Shown here piece after piece: positions 38,951-48,555 of a DNA stretch of 64,000 nt. Source of the DNA: an uncultured Candidatus Binatia bacterium (GTDB lineage Bacteria; Desulfobacterota; Binatia; Bin18); contig OZ243961.1 in assembly GCA_965214605.1 (NCBI GenBank), positions 32,001 through 96,000 of the forward strand, given 5' to 3'. Each line of letters opens with the position of its first letter. The stretch's first letter is position 1. A program made the position numbers and the translations under genes. A model generated the notes under the pieces. That model saw nothing but the letters and a program-made list of their open reading frames with translations, did not search any database and was not told the origin of the DNA.

Positions 38951-39820
38951 TTAGTGTGGAGCGAGCGCTTCCAGCGCCCGCTGGTGTGGATTCATTCCGC
39001 CTTCAGAGCTGAGCGGCAGCAGGCACACATGGCTGGCCCCGGCCTGATAATACGCGTCGATGCGTTGTTGAATACGCTCCGCATCGCCCCAGGCAATCAG
39101 CGCGTCCACCAGACGGTCACTCCCGTCGTCGGCGAAGTCCGTGTCATCGAAGCCGATCGTCCGCAGGCGCCGTACGTAGTGGTCTATCATGAGGTAGGTG
39201 CGCATATAGCGGCGCGCGGCACGGCGTGCTTTGGCCGCGTCGGTTTCTAGCATCACAGCGAGTTCGGCACACAGCCATGGTTCCGGACCCAGAGCTTGGC
39301 GGGTGTGGGTGATCTGTGCGGTGGTGGTGAAATAGGTGTGCGTCCCGCGGGTCTCGGCCGCGGCCAGGGTCAACATCTTGGGCATCATCGCGGCTAGGAC
39401 GACTGGCGGCTCAGGCTGGGGAGCGGGACCGACATACGGCGCAGCTCGCATCTTTTGTAAATATTGACGGGTGAAGCTCAGCGGTTTTGCGTAGGGAATG
39501 CCGCGGCGCTGATTACCGCCTTTGTTGCTGACACCGAGTCCCAGCACAAAACGATCCGTAAACAGTTCGCCCAACGTCCGGCTGGCATTGGCCACCGCAA
39601 TCGGCTCATAGGAGTAGATCACGGCAATGCCGGTTGCCACAACAAGACGCTCGGTTTGACTGAGCAAATACGAGGCGAACGAGAAACTCTCCCGCCCGCT
39701 CGCCTCGGCAAACCACAGCGCGCTGTAACCTAGCCGTTCGACGCGGCGGGCAAATTGACCAGCCTGGTCTCCGCTTAAACCGTCCAGAAAACAGAAAACG
39801 CCGGGGCGGTGTAAGTCCAT
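38951..39820 (-). CDS. LLM-class oxidoreductase, probably F420-dependent (TIGR03620-like)
   Basis: LGYSALW..E, VATGIA.IY, FVLGLGVS, AAM.PKML, GASHVC. Confidence 0.85.
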   Translation of the reverse strand: MDLHRPGVFCFLDGLSGDQAGQFARRVERLGYSALWFAEASGRESFSFASYLLSQTERLVVATGIAVIYSYEPIAVANASRTLGELFTDRFVLGLGVSNKGGNQRRGIPYAKPLSFTRQYLQKMRAAPYVGPAPQPEPPVVLAAMMPKMLTLAAAETRGTHTYFTTTAQITHTRQALGPEPWLCAELAVMLETDAAKARRAARRYMRTYLMIDHYVRRLRTIGFDDTDFADDGSDRLVDALIAWGDAERIQQRIDAYYQAGASHVCLLPLSSEGGMNPHQRALEALAPH

Positions 39821-39909
39821 ACGGGGCTCCTCAAGAATGTATCGGGGGAAAGAGAGGCCGAGAGACAGGGGGGAAGAGCAGCCACAGGCCGAAGGACGCG
39901 GACATCCTG

Positions 39910-39951
39910 TGGTTCATCCTGTCCGCCCGATCGAACGGTCAGGATGAACCA
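39910..39951. terminator. Hairpin downstream of LLM 39973-41307
   Basis: tggttcatcctg / caggatgaacca 12-bp perfect inverted repeat. Confidence 0.5.
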
Positions 39952-39972
39952 TCATTCGCCTGTCTCCGCCCG

Positions 39973-41307
39973 CTAGTTCGGCAGCATATCGAGATTTTTC
40001 AGCGGTGTGCGGTCTACGACCGGCAGGCGCTTGGTGCCCGGATTGAGCTTGACCGATCCCGGCTGCCGGGTAAACGGATCGACCAGACCGATGTCCTTGG
40101 CGTACTCTTGCAGGGCCGGCTTGACCTCTTGGGCGAGTAAACGGATGCTGGTCAGCCGGTCTTCATTGCTGACCGGTCCCTGCACGTTAAAGCAGGAGAA
40201 GGCGCCCGGACGCAGCACGCGCATCATCGTCTTGACCTTTTCGATAACCGTCTTGGGCGAGCCGATGACCATCAGGTAGTCGTCCTGAGCTCGCTTGTAG
40301 GCTTTGAGGAGTTTTTGTCGGACCTCGTCCAGGTCTTTGGTCTTGCGCTTGCCCTGTTGGGATTCTTTGAGCCGGTCGGAATCTACCCCAACCCAGCCGC
40401 CACTCGGCCGCTTGGCCAGCAGCCGGATGGCGTTCTTGGAGTTGTAGCCCGGCGGCAGGGTGTGTTCCGGGCGCGAAAAAGCGCTGGCCCCGCCGCCAAA
40501 CACAAAACCCCTGCCCAATTCTTGGGCTTTTTCATCGGTTTCTGCGCAGAATACGCCGATGAGGTAGCCGAAATTTTCCGGACCGGCTTGATAGCCGTTC
40601 TCGGCCGCGATATCGGCATAAAAGTCCAATAGATCGCAGGTCGGGCTGAGCGCGGTCACCAAGGCGAGGTAGGGATAGTTGTGTTCGGCCGCCCATCTGA
40701 CGGTTTCAGGGCTCAGCACGCCGGGAATCCACATCTGGGGATGGGGTTTTTGGTAGGGCAGAGCCCACGGATTGACGTGACGATAGTGAAAATGTTTGCC
40801 CTCATAGCGCCACGGCCCGGGTTTGGTCCAGGCCTGAATAATAAAGTCGTGGGCTTCGTTGAACATCTCCCGGTTATAGGTCGGGTTGGCATTATTAAAA
40901 AACTGCTCGCTGCCGGCACCCCGCACCCAGCCGGTGACGAGTCGGCCACGTGAGATGAGGTCGATTTCGGCCAGCTCCTCTGCCATGCGGAGCGGATGTT
41001 TGATCACCGGCAGGGGATTCCCGATCAAGACGATTTTGGCCGTGTTGGTAATCCGGGCCAGGATGGACGCCTCGACGTTCATCACGCTGCCCATGCAAAA
41101 CGGGTTGCCGTGATGCTCGTTGAGCATCAGCGAATCAAAGCCCATCTCCTCTGCATAACAGTATTCGTCGAGGAAGTAATTGTAGTCATCCGCCGCCTTA
41201 TCACGGTCAAAACGGTCATTCGGGATGGCAAAGAAACCCTCGTGTCCGAGCACTTCGTCCTCATCAACCCAGCGATACGGCCGCTCAGTAAAATACCCAA
41301 AGTTCAT
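39973..41307 (-). CDS. LLM-class flavin-dependent oxidoreductase
   Basis: GFD..MLNEHH, PLRMAEELA.ID.IS.GR, PYQKPHP; RBS aaggag. Confidence 0.92.
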   Translation of the reverse strand: MNFGYFTERPYRWVDEDEVLGHEGFFAIPNDRFDRDKAADDYNYFLDEYCYAEEMGFDSLMLNEHHGNPFCMGSVMNVEASILARITNTAKIVLIGNPLPVIKHPLRMAEELAEIDLISRGRLVTGWVRGAGSEQFFNNANPTYNREMFNEAHDFIIQAWTKPGPWRYEGKHFHYRHVNPWALPYQKPHPQMWIPGVLSPETVRWAAEHNYPYLALVTALSPTCDLLDFYADIAAENGYQAGPENFGYLIGVFCAETDEKAQELGRGFVFGGGASAFSRPEHTLPPGYNSKNAIRLLAKRPSGGWVGVDSDRLKESQQGKRKTKDLDEVRQKLLKAYKRAQDDYLMVIGSPKTVIEKVKTMMRVLRPGAFSCFNVQGPVSNEDRLTSIRLLAQEVKPALQEYAKDIGLVDPFTRQPGSVKLNPGTKRLPVVDRTPLKNLDMLPN

Positions 41308-41466
41308 AGATGCCGCTCCTTTTCGGGATATTTAAGATGTCCCTCCTGATAGCAGATTTCTCCTGAAATTGGGAGGGGCTCTCTTGACGGCCCTTGGCTG
41401 TCCGATTTAGTGAAGAGGCTGACAGCGGTACCCGATGAGACGGACGATGAATATGAGGCGTTTGTA

Positions 41467-42525
41467 ATGAGTCGTGGCAACACATATGCGACCCCGGAAG
41501 AATTGGCTCCGGTGCTAACCGATTTTCTGCTCCGGGCCTTTCCGGAGCAACAGCAACAGATGGTCAAAAAACTTGAGGTCAAAGACCTGCGGCTGCTCAC
41601 CGGCGGCGCGTCACGCCAAAGCTGGGCGTTTGATGCCAAATTGGAGACCACGGCTGGGCAGACCAAGAGCTTTCCCCTGATTCTTCGTGGTGACGCCCAA
41701 GAGGGGCCGCAGGGGTTTATGGAGCGCAGTCTGGAATATCGGGTGATTGCGGCGGCCTCCGCTGAGGGGGTCTTAGCCCCCAAGCCCTATTTTGTAGGCG
41801 ACGGCAGTCTGGGGATGCCCTTTTTCATTATGGAGCGAGTCGCCGGCGAAACCCTACCGCGCCGCCTGTTCCGCGACGCCCAGTACGCCCGCGCGCGAGA
41901 GGTCATGGCGGCCGAGCTGGGCGCCACGCTGGCCCGGATTCATCGGATATCGGCTGAGAAGCATCAGTTGGGCGACTTGCCGGCTCCGCAAGGGACACAC
42001 ACCGCGGCTGAGGAAGAGATCGCCCGCTACATGGAGAAGTACCAGCGTATGGCCCGCGAACCCCACCCGGTTTTTGAGCTGGCTTTTCGCTGGTTGGGTC
42101 AACACCTCCCCCAGGAGCGTGAACGGGTCTTGGTGCACGGCGACTACCGGATGGGCAATATCATGTTTGGCCCGGAAGGCGTCCGTTCAATTCTAGACTG
42201 GGAGCTGGCCCATATCGGTGACCCAATGGAGGATCTGGGCTGGATTTGTGTACGGTCGTGGCGCTTTGGTAACGATCATCTCCCGGTCGCTGGGGTGGGG
42301 ACACGGCGCGTATTCCAGCGGGCCTATGAAGAGGCTGGCGGCTGGCCGCTTGACCTGCAGCGTCTCAAGTTCTGGGAAATCTTTGGCAATCTGCGTTGGG
42401 GCGTTATTTGTCTGAACATGACCCAGCCGTATCTGGATGGCCTGAATCCCAGCGTTGAACTGGCCGCCATTGGGCGGCGGACAGCCGAGACCGAGTGGGA
42501 ATTGCTCCACTTAATGGAGGACTAA
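41467..42525 (+). CDS. Aminoglycoside-phosphotransferase-family (ACAD10/11 N-terminal-like) kinase
   Basis: LTGGAS, HGDYRMGN, LDWELAH.GDP.EDL. Confidence 0.9.
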   Translation: MSRGNTYATPEELAPVLTDFLLRAFPEQQQQMVKKLEVKDLRLLTGGASRQSWAFDAKLETTAGQTKSFPLILRGDAQEGPQGFMERSLEYRVIAAASAEGVLAPKPYFVGDGSLGMPFFIMERVAGETLPRRLFRDAQYARAREVMAAELGATLARIHRISAEKHQLGDLPAPQGTHTAAEEEIARYMEKYQRMAREPHPVFELAFRWLGQHLPQERERVLVHGDYRMGNIMFGPEGVRSILDWELAHIGDPMEDLGWICVRSWRFGNDHLPVAGVGTRRVFQRAYEEAGGWPLDLQRLKFWEIFGNLRWGVICLNMTQPYLDGLNPSVELAAIGRRTAETEWELLHLMED

Positions 42526-42929
42526 TGCAAGATCGTCCAACCATCCTCGAACTGCTGAGCGCGGTCACCCGTTTGCTCGACCAAGAAATGGTACCGAACC
42601 TGTCGGGATCACGCCAGTTTTACGGTCGGGTAGCGGCCAATGTCCTCCGCATTGTCATGCGGGAGTTGGAACACACAGAAGAGCACACAGCCGCTGAGTG
42701 GCGGCGCTTGGACGGACTGCTGTCAGCAGCCGAACGACCAACTCGCCAGGCTGCGGTGCGAGACAGTATCTGGCAACGGACCGAAGAGCTGTGCGGACGT
42801 ATCCAGAACGGCGAGGCCGACAGCGGACCCTACCGCGAGCAGGTGCTCAGCCATCTGAGACAGACGGTTCATGAAAAGCTCGCCATCAGTAACCCGCAGT
42901 GGATCACGCGGCCGGTTGAGGAGGAGTAA
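42525..42929 (+). CDS. DUF6285-like small helical protein (usual partner of the APH-family gene)
   Basis: MQDRPT..ELL.AV...L, RVAAN.L.I..RE, KLAISNP; TAATG overlap, RBS ggagg. Confidence 0.75.
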   Translation: MQDRPTILELLSAVTRLLDQEMVPNLSGSRQFYGRVAANVLRIVMRELEHTEEHTAAEWRRLDGLLSAAERPTRQAAVRDSIWQRTEELCGRIQNGEADSGPYREQVLSHLRQTVHEKLAISNPQWITRPVEEE

Positions 42930-44023
42930 TGACATCCGACACCTACACGATTTGCAGCCTGAATGCCCGGGCGGTTGAGGTCCCGATGCCGCGTCCGCTG
43001 CTGACCGGCGGTGGACAGGTCAGCATTGCTCCGCTCGTCCTGCTCGACCTGGAAACACACCAGGGCATTACCGGCCGGAGCTATATTTTTGGCTATACCC
43101 CACTCACCCTCAAGTCCTTGGTCGTCTTTCTCAGCGAAGTCGAAAAACTGATTGTCGACCAGCCCGTCTCACCCCTGACGCTGGCCGACATGTTCCGGCG
43201 GCGTTTTCAGCTGCTCGGAACCCAGGGCTTGGTTAGTATGGCCACGGCCGGCATTGATATTGCCGCCTGGGACATCCTGGCCAAGGCCGCCGAACTACCG
43301 CTCGCCCGCTTACTCGGGGGGCAGGAGCGGCCGATACCGGCCTACAACAGCTGTGGTCTGGGCATCAGCAACAGCCAACACCTGGCGGCCGAAGCCCAGG
43401 ATTTTGTTAAATCCGGCTTTGGAGCGGTCAAGATTCGCCTGGGCTATCCCGACATCGGGACCGATGTGGCCGCGGTCCGGGCAGTTCGTGAGGCGGTCGG
43501 CGACAGAGTGTGCATCATGTCCGATTACAACCAGGCTTTATCCGTGCCCGAAGCCCAGCAGCGGGTGCACCGGCTGGACGCTGAAGGGCTGTACTGGGTT
43601 GAAGAACCAACCCGGGCCGACGACTATGTCGGCCACGCCCGGATTCGAACCGCGGTTACCACGGCGATTCAGATTGGCGAGAACTGCTGGGGAGTGAACG
43701 ACATGGCCAAGGCATTAGCGGCTGAGGCGTGTGATTTTTTCATGCCCGATGTGGTCAAAATTGGCGGCGTCACCGGTTGGTTGCGAGCGATCGCTCTAGC
43801 TGAGCCGATGGGTATGCCGATATCGAGTCATCTGTATCCTGAGCTGAGCGCCCATCTGCTGGCTGTCACACCGACGAGACACTGGCTTGAATATATGGAC
43901 TGGGCCAACGCTATCCTGGCCCAGCCGCTGATCATCACCGACGGCCAGGCAGTACTGTCTGATGCGCCAGGAAACGGGCTGGTCTGGAATGAGGAGGCCG
44001 TTGAACGGTATGCGAAGCGCTGA
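42929..44023 (+). CDS. Mandelate racemase/enolase-superfamily enzyme
   Basis: KxR, DYNQ, EEP, GEN, MPD, SSH and LEY at the mandelate-racemase-subgroup positions. Confidence 0.88.
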   Translation: MTSDTYTICSLNARAVEVPMPRPLLTGGGQVSIAPLVLLDLETHQGITGRSYIFGYTPLTLKSLVVFLSEVEKLIVDQPVSPLTLADMFRRRFQLLGTQGLVSMATAGIDIAAWDILAKAAELPLARLLGGQERPIPAYNSCGLGISNSQHLAAEAQDFVKSGFGAVKIRLGYPDIGTDVAAVRAVREAVGDRVCIMSDYNQALSVPEAQQRVHRLDAEGLYWVEEPTRADDYVGHARIRTAVTTAIQIGENCWGVNDMAKALAAEACDFFMPDVVKIGGVTGWLRAIALAEPMGMPISSHLYPELSAHLLAVTPTRHWLEYMDWANAILAQPLIITDGQAVLSDAPGNGLVWNEEAVERYAKR

Positions 44024-44099
44024 GCGCCCACTGCCGGCGGTGGCACTCTTGGGCCCGGAGCGCTGCTGTAACACGCCGGCCCCCGGTCTGAGGTCTGCC

Positions 44100-47000
44100 C
44101 TAGTCGGGTTGAGGGACGTCGCTCGTCTGGGGGGGAGCCGTCGGGCCGGGCCGGGCGGCGCTTGCCCGGAGCAGCCGGGGGAGGCTGCGGAGGTCCTCCA
44201 GAATCATATACCCAGCCGGGACGATCAGGAGAATAATAGCGGTCGCAAACAAGATGCCAAAGCCGATTGAGATGGCCATGGGGATCAGAAAGCGGGCCTG
44301 CATAGAGGTCTCAAAAATCATCGGCATCAGACCGAAAAAGGTGGTCAGCGAAGTCAGCAGAATAGGCCGGAAGCGTCGCATCCCGGCCCGGCAGATGGCC
44401 TCTAGGGGGGTGGGCGTGGTCTCGCGCAGTTGGTTGGCGGTGACGACCAGAACGAGTGCGTCGTTAATCACCACCCCGGCTAGGGCGATGATGCCGAACA
44501 GGCTAATCATGCTGAGCGTATAGCCCAACAGAATATGGCCGATGACCGCGCCGATAATGCCGAAGGGAATGCTCAGCATGACAATGATGGGCTGGATATA
44601 GCTCTTGAACGGGATAGCCAGCAGGGCATAGATGGCCAGGAGAGCGAAAACAAAACCCAAGCCGATCGCCGCTATTGACTCTTTTTGCCATTCCTGCTCG
44701 CCCTCCAGGGTATAATTGAGGCCGGGATATTTCTCCATCAGGAAGGGGATCTCGTTCTGTTCCAAGGAGGTCACAATCATGTTGGCATTCGCAACGCTCT
44801 CATCAACATCGGCCGTCACCGCCATGATACGCCGGCCTTCGCGGCGACGGATCTCGGTATAGGCCCGGCCATAGTCGACCGTGGCAGCCTGAATGAGGGG
44901 AATCTCCCCGCCCTGGGGAGTCCGAATGACCAGCTGCTCAATGGTATGGGCGGTCCGCCGCTCGTGTTCGGGCAGGCGGACCATAACCTTGATCTCGTTG
45001 CGGCCGCGCTGCTGACGGAGAGCTTCGGCCCCATAGAACGAGCCGCGCAGTTGGCGGGCGAGGTCGGTTGCATTGATCCCCAGGCTGCGGGCTTCGGGTT
45101 TGACGGTAAGGCTGAGTTGGGGTTTGCCGTGTGAGACGCCGTCGTCAATATCGGCGACACCGGCATAGCCGGCCAGCAGGCCGGCCAGGTCTGCGGCGGC
45201 GGCTTCAAGCACCTGGCGCGAGCGATGAGTGAGCTGGATGTCCAGGGCAGCCTCACTGCTGAAGCCGGATTCGGCATGAAAGCTTAGCGATTCCAGGCCG
45301 GCAATATGGCTGGCTGCCTGGCGCCAGGTGTTGGCGAATTCAACGCCGCTGACATCGCGTTGATCGGACGGAACCAGAGCAAGCTGTACCCCGGCCAGAT
45401 GGCCGCCGCTCAGCTTTGGCGGTCCATCGTTGGGGCCGCCGGGGTTGAGCACCGCCCCGATCTGTGTATACGTCCCGCGAACGATAGCCGGCCCGCCATG
45501 GGTAGCGACGGCCACCTGCATGGCTTCGAGCAGCTGCTGTCGCACCCGTCGTGAGGTGTCCAACGGAGCACCGAACGGCAGGGTGGCCTGGGCGGTAATG
45601 AGGTCGGAGTCGATGCGGGGCATGAAACTGAACTGGAGATGACCGCCCCCGATTGCGCCAAGGGCGAGCAGCAGGGCGGCAATACCGGTCATCAGGGTGG
45701 TGTAGCGGTGGACGATGGCCGTCTGCAGCAGCGGATGGTAGACTCGTCTAATGAACGCCTCGAGCAGACGCCCGAAGACCAGCCGGGGACGGTTGAGGGT
45801 CTGCCACAGGCGGCTGGGTGTATTTTGACGTGACAGGTGGGCCGGAAGGATGAACAGCGACTCAATCAGCGAGACGCTAAATACGGCGATCGTCACCGCC
45901 GGGATATTCAGAAAGAACTTGCCGGCCGCACCAGGGACAAACACCAGCGGCAGAAAGGCAACGATATTGGTCAGCACGGCAAAAATAATCGGCCCAGCAA
46001 TTTCTTGCGCGCCCTCAATGGCCGCCACGAGGAACGGCCGGCCGCGCTGGCGTTTTTCATAGATGTTCTCCCCCATGACGACCGCGTCATCAACGATGAT
46101 GCCCAGGGTAATAATAAACGCGAAGAGCGAAATCATGTTGATCGACGCTCCGCTCAGGGGCATGAAGAGAAAAGCGCCCATGATTGAGATGGGGATGCCC
46201 AGGGTGACCCAGAAGGCGAGCTTGGGGTCGAGGAACAGCCCTAGCAGGAGCAGAACCAGGATCAGACCGAGGAAGGCGTTTTTCAGCAGCAGGCGCATCC
46301 GGTCGCGGTAGATCTCAGACCAATCGTTCCAGACCGTCAGGCCGACCCCTTCAGGCAGCCGGGGTCGGATCTCGTCAATATAGGCGTGGACACTGGCGGA
46401 AACCGACTGCGGGGTTTCCTTGGCGACCCGATACACCTGAACCTGGACGGCGCGCTGGTTGTTGAAAAACGCCTCAAAGTCCCAATCTTCAAAGCCGTCG
46501 GTGATCAGCGCAATATCGCCGACCGTAATGCGGGAGCCGTCCGGGGCTGAGGCAACGGCAATATCGGCGTATTGGCTGGCATAGTCGCGGCGTTCCTGGG
46601 TACGCAGCAGGATTTCTCCGCCGGCAGCCTTCAGCCCGCCGGCCGGTAGTTCGACCGCGGCTTCGCGTATCTCACGCGCAATCTTGCCCAGAGTGAGATT
46701 ATGGGCGCGCAGATTGCGCTGGGGCACCTCGACGGCAATCTCAAGCGGGCGCACGGCCCCGAGCTCGACCAGAGTGATGTCCGGGCGCTGAAGTAAGTCG
46801 TCGCGGATCTGTTCAGCGAGGTCGCGCAGCGTTTGTTCGTCGTGGTCGCCATAGATCATGAGCGTCAGCACTTGATTGCGGAGTTCGACCAGACTGACGA
46901 TCGGCTTTTCGGCTTCTTCGGGGAAGGAGAGGATACTGTCCACCGCATTTTTAACATCCTGGAGGGCCCGGTCTGGGGCTGCGCCGGTGAGCAGTTCGAT

Positions 47001-47318
47001 CACCACCGAGCCGTGGTTCTCGCGGGCCATGGCGGTAACCTTTTTGACCCCCTCAATGCCGCGGACCCGGTCCTCAATCGACAGGATGATCCCCTGCTCA
47101 ACCTCAGCCGGGCTGGCTCCGGGATAGGGGACGCTGGCCACGATGACATCTATGGCGAACTCGGGAAACACCTCTTGTTTCACCTGGGTACTGGCGATGA
47201 AGCCACCGCAGACAATGACCAACATAATCAGATTGGCGGCAACGTGGTTGCGGGCCATCCAGGCGATCGGGCCGCTGTGCAAGGTTGTTGAATCGGCTTC
47301 AGAATTGGTGCGTTCCAT
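44100..47318 (-). CDS. RND efflux permease (AcrB/AcrD/AcrF family)
   Basis: YPGASP.EVE, GIIVDDAVV.GEN, RFRPILLTSLTT, many hydrophobic segments. Confidence 0.93.
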   Translation of the reverse strand: MERTNSEADSTTLHSGPIAWMARNHVAANLIMLVIVCGGFIASTQVKQEVFPEFAIDVIVASVPYPGASPAEVEQGIILSIEDRVRGIEGVKKVTAMARENHGSVVIELLTGAAPDRALQDVKNAVDSILSFPEEAEKPIVSLVELRNQVLTLMIYGDHDEQTLRDLAEQIRDDLLQRPDITLVELGAVRPLEIAVEVPQRNLRAHNLTLGKIAREIREAAVELPAGGLKAAGGEILLRTQERRDYASQYADIAVASAPDGSRITVGDIALITDGFEDWDFEAFFNNQRAVQVQVYRVAKETPQSVSASVHAYIDEIRPRLPEGVGLTVWNDWSEIYRDRMRLLLKNAFLGLILVLLLLGLFLDPKLAFWVTLGIPISIMGAFLFMPLSGASINMISLFAFIITLGIIVDDAVVMGENIYEKRQRGRPFLVAAIEGAQEIAGPIIFAVLTNIVAFLPLVFVPGAAGKFFLNIPAVTIAVFSVSLIESLFILPAHLSRQNTPSRLWQTLNRPRLVFGRLLEAFIRRVYHPLLQTAIVHRYTTLMTGIAALLLALGAIGGGHLQFSFMPRIDSDLITAQATLPFGAPLDTSRRVRQQLLEAMQVAVATHGGPAIVRGTYTQIGAVLNPGGPNDGPPKLSGGHLAGVQLALVPSDQRDVSGVEFANTWRQAASHIAGLESLSFHAESGFSSEAALDIQLTHRSRQVLEAAAADLAGLLAGYAGVADIDDGVSHGKPQLSLTVKPEARSLGINATDLARQLRGSFYGAEALRQQRGRNEIKVMVRLPEHERRTAHTIEQLVIRTPQGGEIPLIQAATVDYGRAYTEIRRREGRRIMAVTADVDESVANANMIVTSLEQNEIPFLMEKYPGLNYTLEGEQEWQKESIAAIGLGFVFALLAIYALLAIPFKSYIQPIIVMLSIPFGIIGAVIGHILLGYTLSMISLFGIIALAGVVINDALVLVVTANQLRETTPTPLEAICRAGMRRFRPILLTSLTTFFGLMPMIFETSMQARFLIPMAISIGFGILFATAIILLIVPAGYMILEDLRSLPRLLRASAARPGPTAPPQTSDVPQPD

Positions 47319-47322
47319 GTGC

Positions 47323-48555
47323 TTAGACCAGGTCTTCGTCAAGAGTCCGGGGGAGGGTCTCGGTCGGCGAGGAGGGTTCGGGTGCGCTCTGGAGAACCAT
47401 ACCGGGGAGGGCGGCGGGAAGGGGACTGGTAATCACCTCGTCGCCATCCTGCAGACCGTGCCGAATGAGCAATGAGTCGTGTCTGCCTAGGATGACTTCG
47501 ACCTGTCGGATTTCCAGTTGATTGCTGGCGTTTTTGACCCACACCCGGCCGCCTTCTCGGAGTGTGCCACGGGGGAGGACGAACACGTCGGTCAGCTGAG
47601 GCCCGTCAATTTCGACCCGCACATACTCTCCGAGCAACAGCGGCAGTCGCCGGTCTTGGGAGTGCTGACGGTTCAGAGGGTCATTGACCAGGACGAGGAG
47701 ACGGGCCATGCGGCCGTTTTGTGAGACGTCGCCAAGCAGGCCGGCGATCTCCCCCTGGCGCAGGGCGGTCTTGCCATTTCCCAGGTCTCGAATGACCTGC
47801 GCCTGTGAGCCGGTGGGCTGCGTCGGCCCGGGAATATCGATCCAGGTCAGGTCGTGTATGGGGAGGCTGACCTCGACCCGAAAGGCGTCGGTACACACCA
47901 GGCGGGCCACGGGGGTTTGGGACATGACGAGTTGGCCGACCTCGACCGATTCCTCCAGCACAAGGGCGTTACACGGGGCGGTCAAGGTCGTCCGCTGGAG
48001 GTCGAGCCGGGCCTTGGCCAGACGGCTTTTGGCGGCGGCTACCGCGGCCTGTTTTTCGCGCAGATGGGGTCTGCGTAGGGCTAGCTGTTTGCCCATTTCG
48101 CTGGCCTCGATCGACGGCTCGAGCAACTCCCACTCACGCTGGGCAATGACCTGCTTGCCGAGTTCAAGCTCTAACTCAAACTCAGCTTTGGCCAGAGCAC
48201 CCTGCTGGGTCTCAACCGCGTAGGTGTAGTCGCGGGAGTCAATCCGTAGCAGTACGTCGTCAGTCTGCAACAGGCCGCCTTTGGTCAGGTTGGCATGCTG
48301 CTGGGTTACAGAGCCGCCGACCTGGGGATGAACGCTTAATTCCTGATGGGCCCGAACTGTGCCAAAGGCTGAAATCACGGCGCGTATGTCTTCGGAGTGG
48401 ACGGTGAGGACTTCAACAACGGTCGCGGTTGCTGGTGGAGCCGCTTTTTGGACTGCAGGCCGGCTGGCAATCAGCGCCCGAGCGCCCATCACTCCACTGC
48501 CTAGAATGAGGACAGGGAGCAGAGTTTGGAGGAGTCGTTTGGCCCAGTATATCAT
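47323..48555 (-). CDS. RND periplasmic adaptor (MFP)
   Basis: N-terminal TM anchor, G.V.A...L....V.G, coiled coil, L.RT.L.AP, GL..GD.VI. Confidence 0.9.
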   Translation of the reverse strand: MIYWAKRLLQTLLPVLILGSGVMGARALIASRPAVQKAAPPATATVVEVLTVHSEDIRAVISAFGTVRAHQELSVHPQVGGSVTQQHANLTKGGLLQTDDVLLRIDSRDYTYAVETQQGALAKAEFELELELGKQVIAQREWELLEPSIEASEMGKQLALRRPHLREKQAAVAAAKSRLAKARLDLQRTTLTAPCNALVLEESVEVGQLVMSQTPVARLVCTDAFRVEVSLPIHDLTWIDIPGPTQPTGSQAQVIRDLGNGKTALRQGEIAGLLGDVSQNGRMARLLVLVNDPLNRQHSQDRRLPLLLGEYVRVEIDGPQLTDVFVLPRGTLREGGRVWVKNASNQLEIRQVEVILGRHDSLLIRHGLQDGDEVITSPLPAALPGMVLQSAPEPSSPTETLPRTLDEDLV

